Positions 61,645 through 64,000 of a DNA stretch of 64,000 nucleotides are shown here, in pieces (position 1 is the first letter of the stretch; each line of letters begins with the position of its first letter). The translations under genes and the position numbers were made by a program. Source of the DNA: Phoronis australis (Eukaryota; Animalia; Phoronida). The notes beneath the pieces were generated by a model that was given only the letters and a program-made list of their open reading frames with translations, was not told the DNA's origin and ran no database searches. The stretch covers positions 496,001-560,000 of the forward strand of contig NMRA01000166.1 of the NCBI GenBank assembly GCA_002633005.1, read 5' to 3'.

Positions 61645-63654
61645 TCATGCCTGTCTTAGCTTAGCTAACCTCTGTGATAACTCATCCTGAAAAACAATGT
61701 TGAATACAATGCAAGCCATTGAACATGAAGCGAATAAACAATCTTACTCCCACACATAAGAGCATTGTGTTCTCATGAATACAATTATTCCTTTCTCATA
61801 AGCTGTAACTCATTTCTCATGCTGCATTTCTGCTAGAATTATGAACACATTTCTATAATCAGGAACTGCATTTCTTTCCACTACAGACAGGAGACGCCAG
61901 TTACATGCACCTTGAATCTTATGTAATATGTCTTTAATATAATGTTATCGAACCCCTCTCCATAATATATCTGTAACACATGCTTAGAAATATATATCAA
62001 ATCTGTCTTCATAACATATCAGTCTGTTGCTTGGGGTACGGTATGATTGTAACACTGCTTAGAACAACAGTAACGAATCAGTCTTCATTAGGAAAATATG
62101 TGGTTGATGAGCATGGAAATGCATTTGCATTGAAAAGAATTGCAGCTTGTGGATAACAAGAGGATTCATGAGAAAAGAACACTATTTACTAAGTTAAAAT
62201 AACTCTCAGAGTACACCAATGTTAAAATTGATTCATAAATGTTACAGCAGTACACTCTATGTTGTAATAACTAACAGATGAAGGAAACATTCCGTACTTT
62301 CAAATCACCACGCAGGTTGAACTCACCTGTTCTTGGGATGCCTGACTTGATGCTCCTACACTGACCTGTGAACTCTCAGGTAGTTCCATATTTAGCTCAA
62401 GACTGAAACGAAGGATACCAAGACGATGAACATGCCTCATTGTCAGTGGATTTCAAAACAAAATGCTTGACATATTCAATGAAAGAATAAGCACAAAAGT
62501 GTTACAATTTTCGTTAAATTATAACACCAGCCCTCAAAAGTCTCAAAACTAGTTTCTGTTTTTACGCAATAGGACAACATTCCAAAGGTCGAACAGAAAA
62601 TTCTTTACTTTTTCAAATGCTAAAAAATTAAAAGCTGGCTTGTTACTGACACACATATTTTTTTAAGTTATGCACCTCGTACAACCACAACTAGCAAGAA
62701 GTCCATAATAAGACACTTCATTTCATTACTTGAAATTTTTGTTTGTTAATTTGTTTCTTTGTTTGCACGCTACACATTCTCATCAGATCAAAGTGAAATT
62801 TACACACAACATGAATCTTGTGAATGGCTCAAAGCCTTTTGTTTTTGGTTAAAATCCTATACAAGATGGCGCTGTGGTGGCCATTTTTCCCTTTATTCGT
62901 TTGCAAAGCCATAGCTCCACTGTTTCTTGTGGAATTTTTCTGACATTTTTTCTGATGATAGATCATTCCAAGGGCCATTGGCGTCTCTTGGCAGATCTGT
63001 CTGAAATTTGGTATGTGGACATATTGCAATGCATTTTTGGTCTGATTTACATGAAATTTTCGCACAGTGTTTACTTTGTCAATATCCCAGGGTCTTTTGT
63101 TTTTGGGCGAAATCGGATGCAAGATGGCACTGTGACGGCCATATCTCGAATAATGCTTGCGGAGCTCTAGTTCCACGATCCTTTGACTGAACCTTTTCAA
63201 ATTTGGTATGTAAATTGACCTCCTCATGGGCTGATACGTTGGTGTAATAAGCGTTTGGGTCATGGTTGTCGAATCAGATGTTCTTGGTTTTGTCGTCGAA
63301 CACACCTTTAAATTTTTATTTGATTTCACCAAGTGTTTCTCTTCAGAGTGCTTTCACTTAATTAAAATCTCCTTTGATGCTGATCACCTCAAGCATAGTG
63401 ATCTCTACTTTCCCTTCAGGCATGGTCAACAGTTCCATGACCCTTGCACATTATTCACTGCAGTCCAAAAGCCTTCAGACTGGGATCTCTTTGATCACTT
63501 ACCCGGCTTCATCAGCCACCTCCTGCATGAGTGAGTCCACCTCACCCTGGGGTGTAGTAAGAGTCGATGTTGAGCTCATAGTGCTCTCCATCACCTCTGT
63601 CTGTACGTCCAAGTTCTCAAACTGCTGCTCAAATCTATCCATTAGCTGCGATAT
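61645..63654 (-). CDS. CHMP1B: CHMP1/Did2 ESCRT-III subunit (CHMP1B-like), last three exons; 5' part not found in the window
   Basis: Exons 63654-63503 ([51 protein letters not shown]), 62402-62327 ([25 protein letters not shown]) and 61686-61645 ([16 protein letters not shown]1 motif). Splice sites and phases are consistent. None of these exons is in the ORF track. Confidence 0.92.
62780..63230. repeat. Degenerate tandem repeat of about 255 bp (DINE/HINE-like interior) in the CHMP1 intron
   Basis: Repeated TTTGTTTTTGG...CAAGATGGC(G/A)CTGTG..GGCCAT and AAATTTGGTATGT units. These account for the spurious 167-aa ORF at 62829-63332. Confidence 0.55.
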
Positions 63655-64000
63655 CTAGAAAGGAAAGGCTGAGCATGAGACCAAGAACAATGTGCAAAAG
63701 AGTAGAAGTTCAAGGCTGTAACAGGACAAACTGACCCTTAAACAGATGCAGCAGACTGGAAATTGGATAACTGATCCCTTTAAAATTTCTCAAACTCCCC
63801 AGAAACTGGTTAAGGTGAATTGCAGGATATATCAGAAGAATCACAATTATGTTCTTCTATCTCTTGCTGCACTATGAAACATTTTGACACCAAGTTTGAA
63901 ATTAAACGTCACATTTATGTGCGACTTGGAACAATGGCATGTTGGCAAAATGTAAAAATTTTAATAAACAGTCATCTTCGGTACTAGATGTCACAATGTT

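Noticed and set aside
62829-63332. 167-aa minus-strand ORF
   Set aside because: It lies in a CHMP1 intron over a degenerate tandem repeat and has no recognisable domain.
63374-63658. Plus-strand 94-aa ORF
   Set aside because: It is the antisense shadow of the CHMP1 exon on the minus strand.

Overview
Repeat-rich animal (probably marine invertebrate) nuclear DNA with assembly gaps (N-run 21796-22104; single Ns at about 24968, 28681 and 50331). Four spliced genes can be rebuilt by hand from GT-AG boundaries with consistent phases. (1) An ACOT/BAAT-family acyl-CoA thioesterase on the minus strand, 14208 to at least 36282, with a C-terminal -SKL PTS1 and an ambiguous first exon. (2) PEX2 on the minus strand. 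(3) A cytosolic acetyl-CoA acetyltransferase (ACAT2-like) on the plus strand, head-to-head with PEX2. (4) The last three exons of a CHMP1B-like ESCRT-III gene on the minus strand. Introns and intergenic DNA hold TTAA-flanked Kolobok-like elements (KolX-like and THAP remnants), nested MITEs, a Helentron/DINE-like element with a regularly spaced array of CTCF-like motifs, and L2/CR1, Penelope, Gypsy and tRNA-SINE remnants. Most ORF-track entries are spurious. The best leads are the mobile CTCF-motif array, the PEX2/ACAT2 bidirectional promoter next to a peroxisomal thioesterase, and possible dual targeting of the thioesterase. All of these are inferences from sequence inspection alone.
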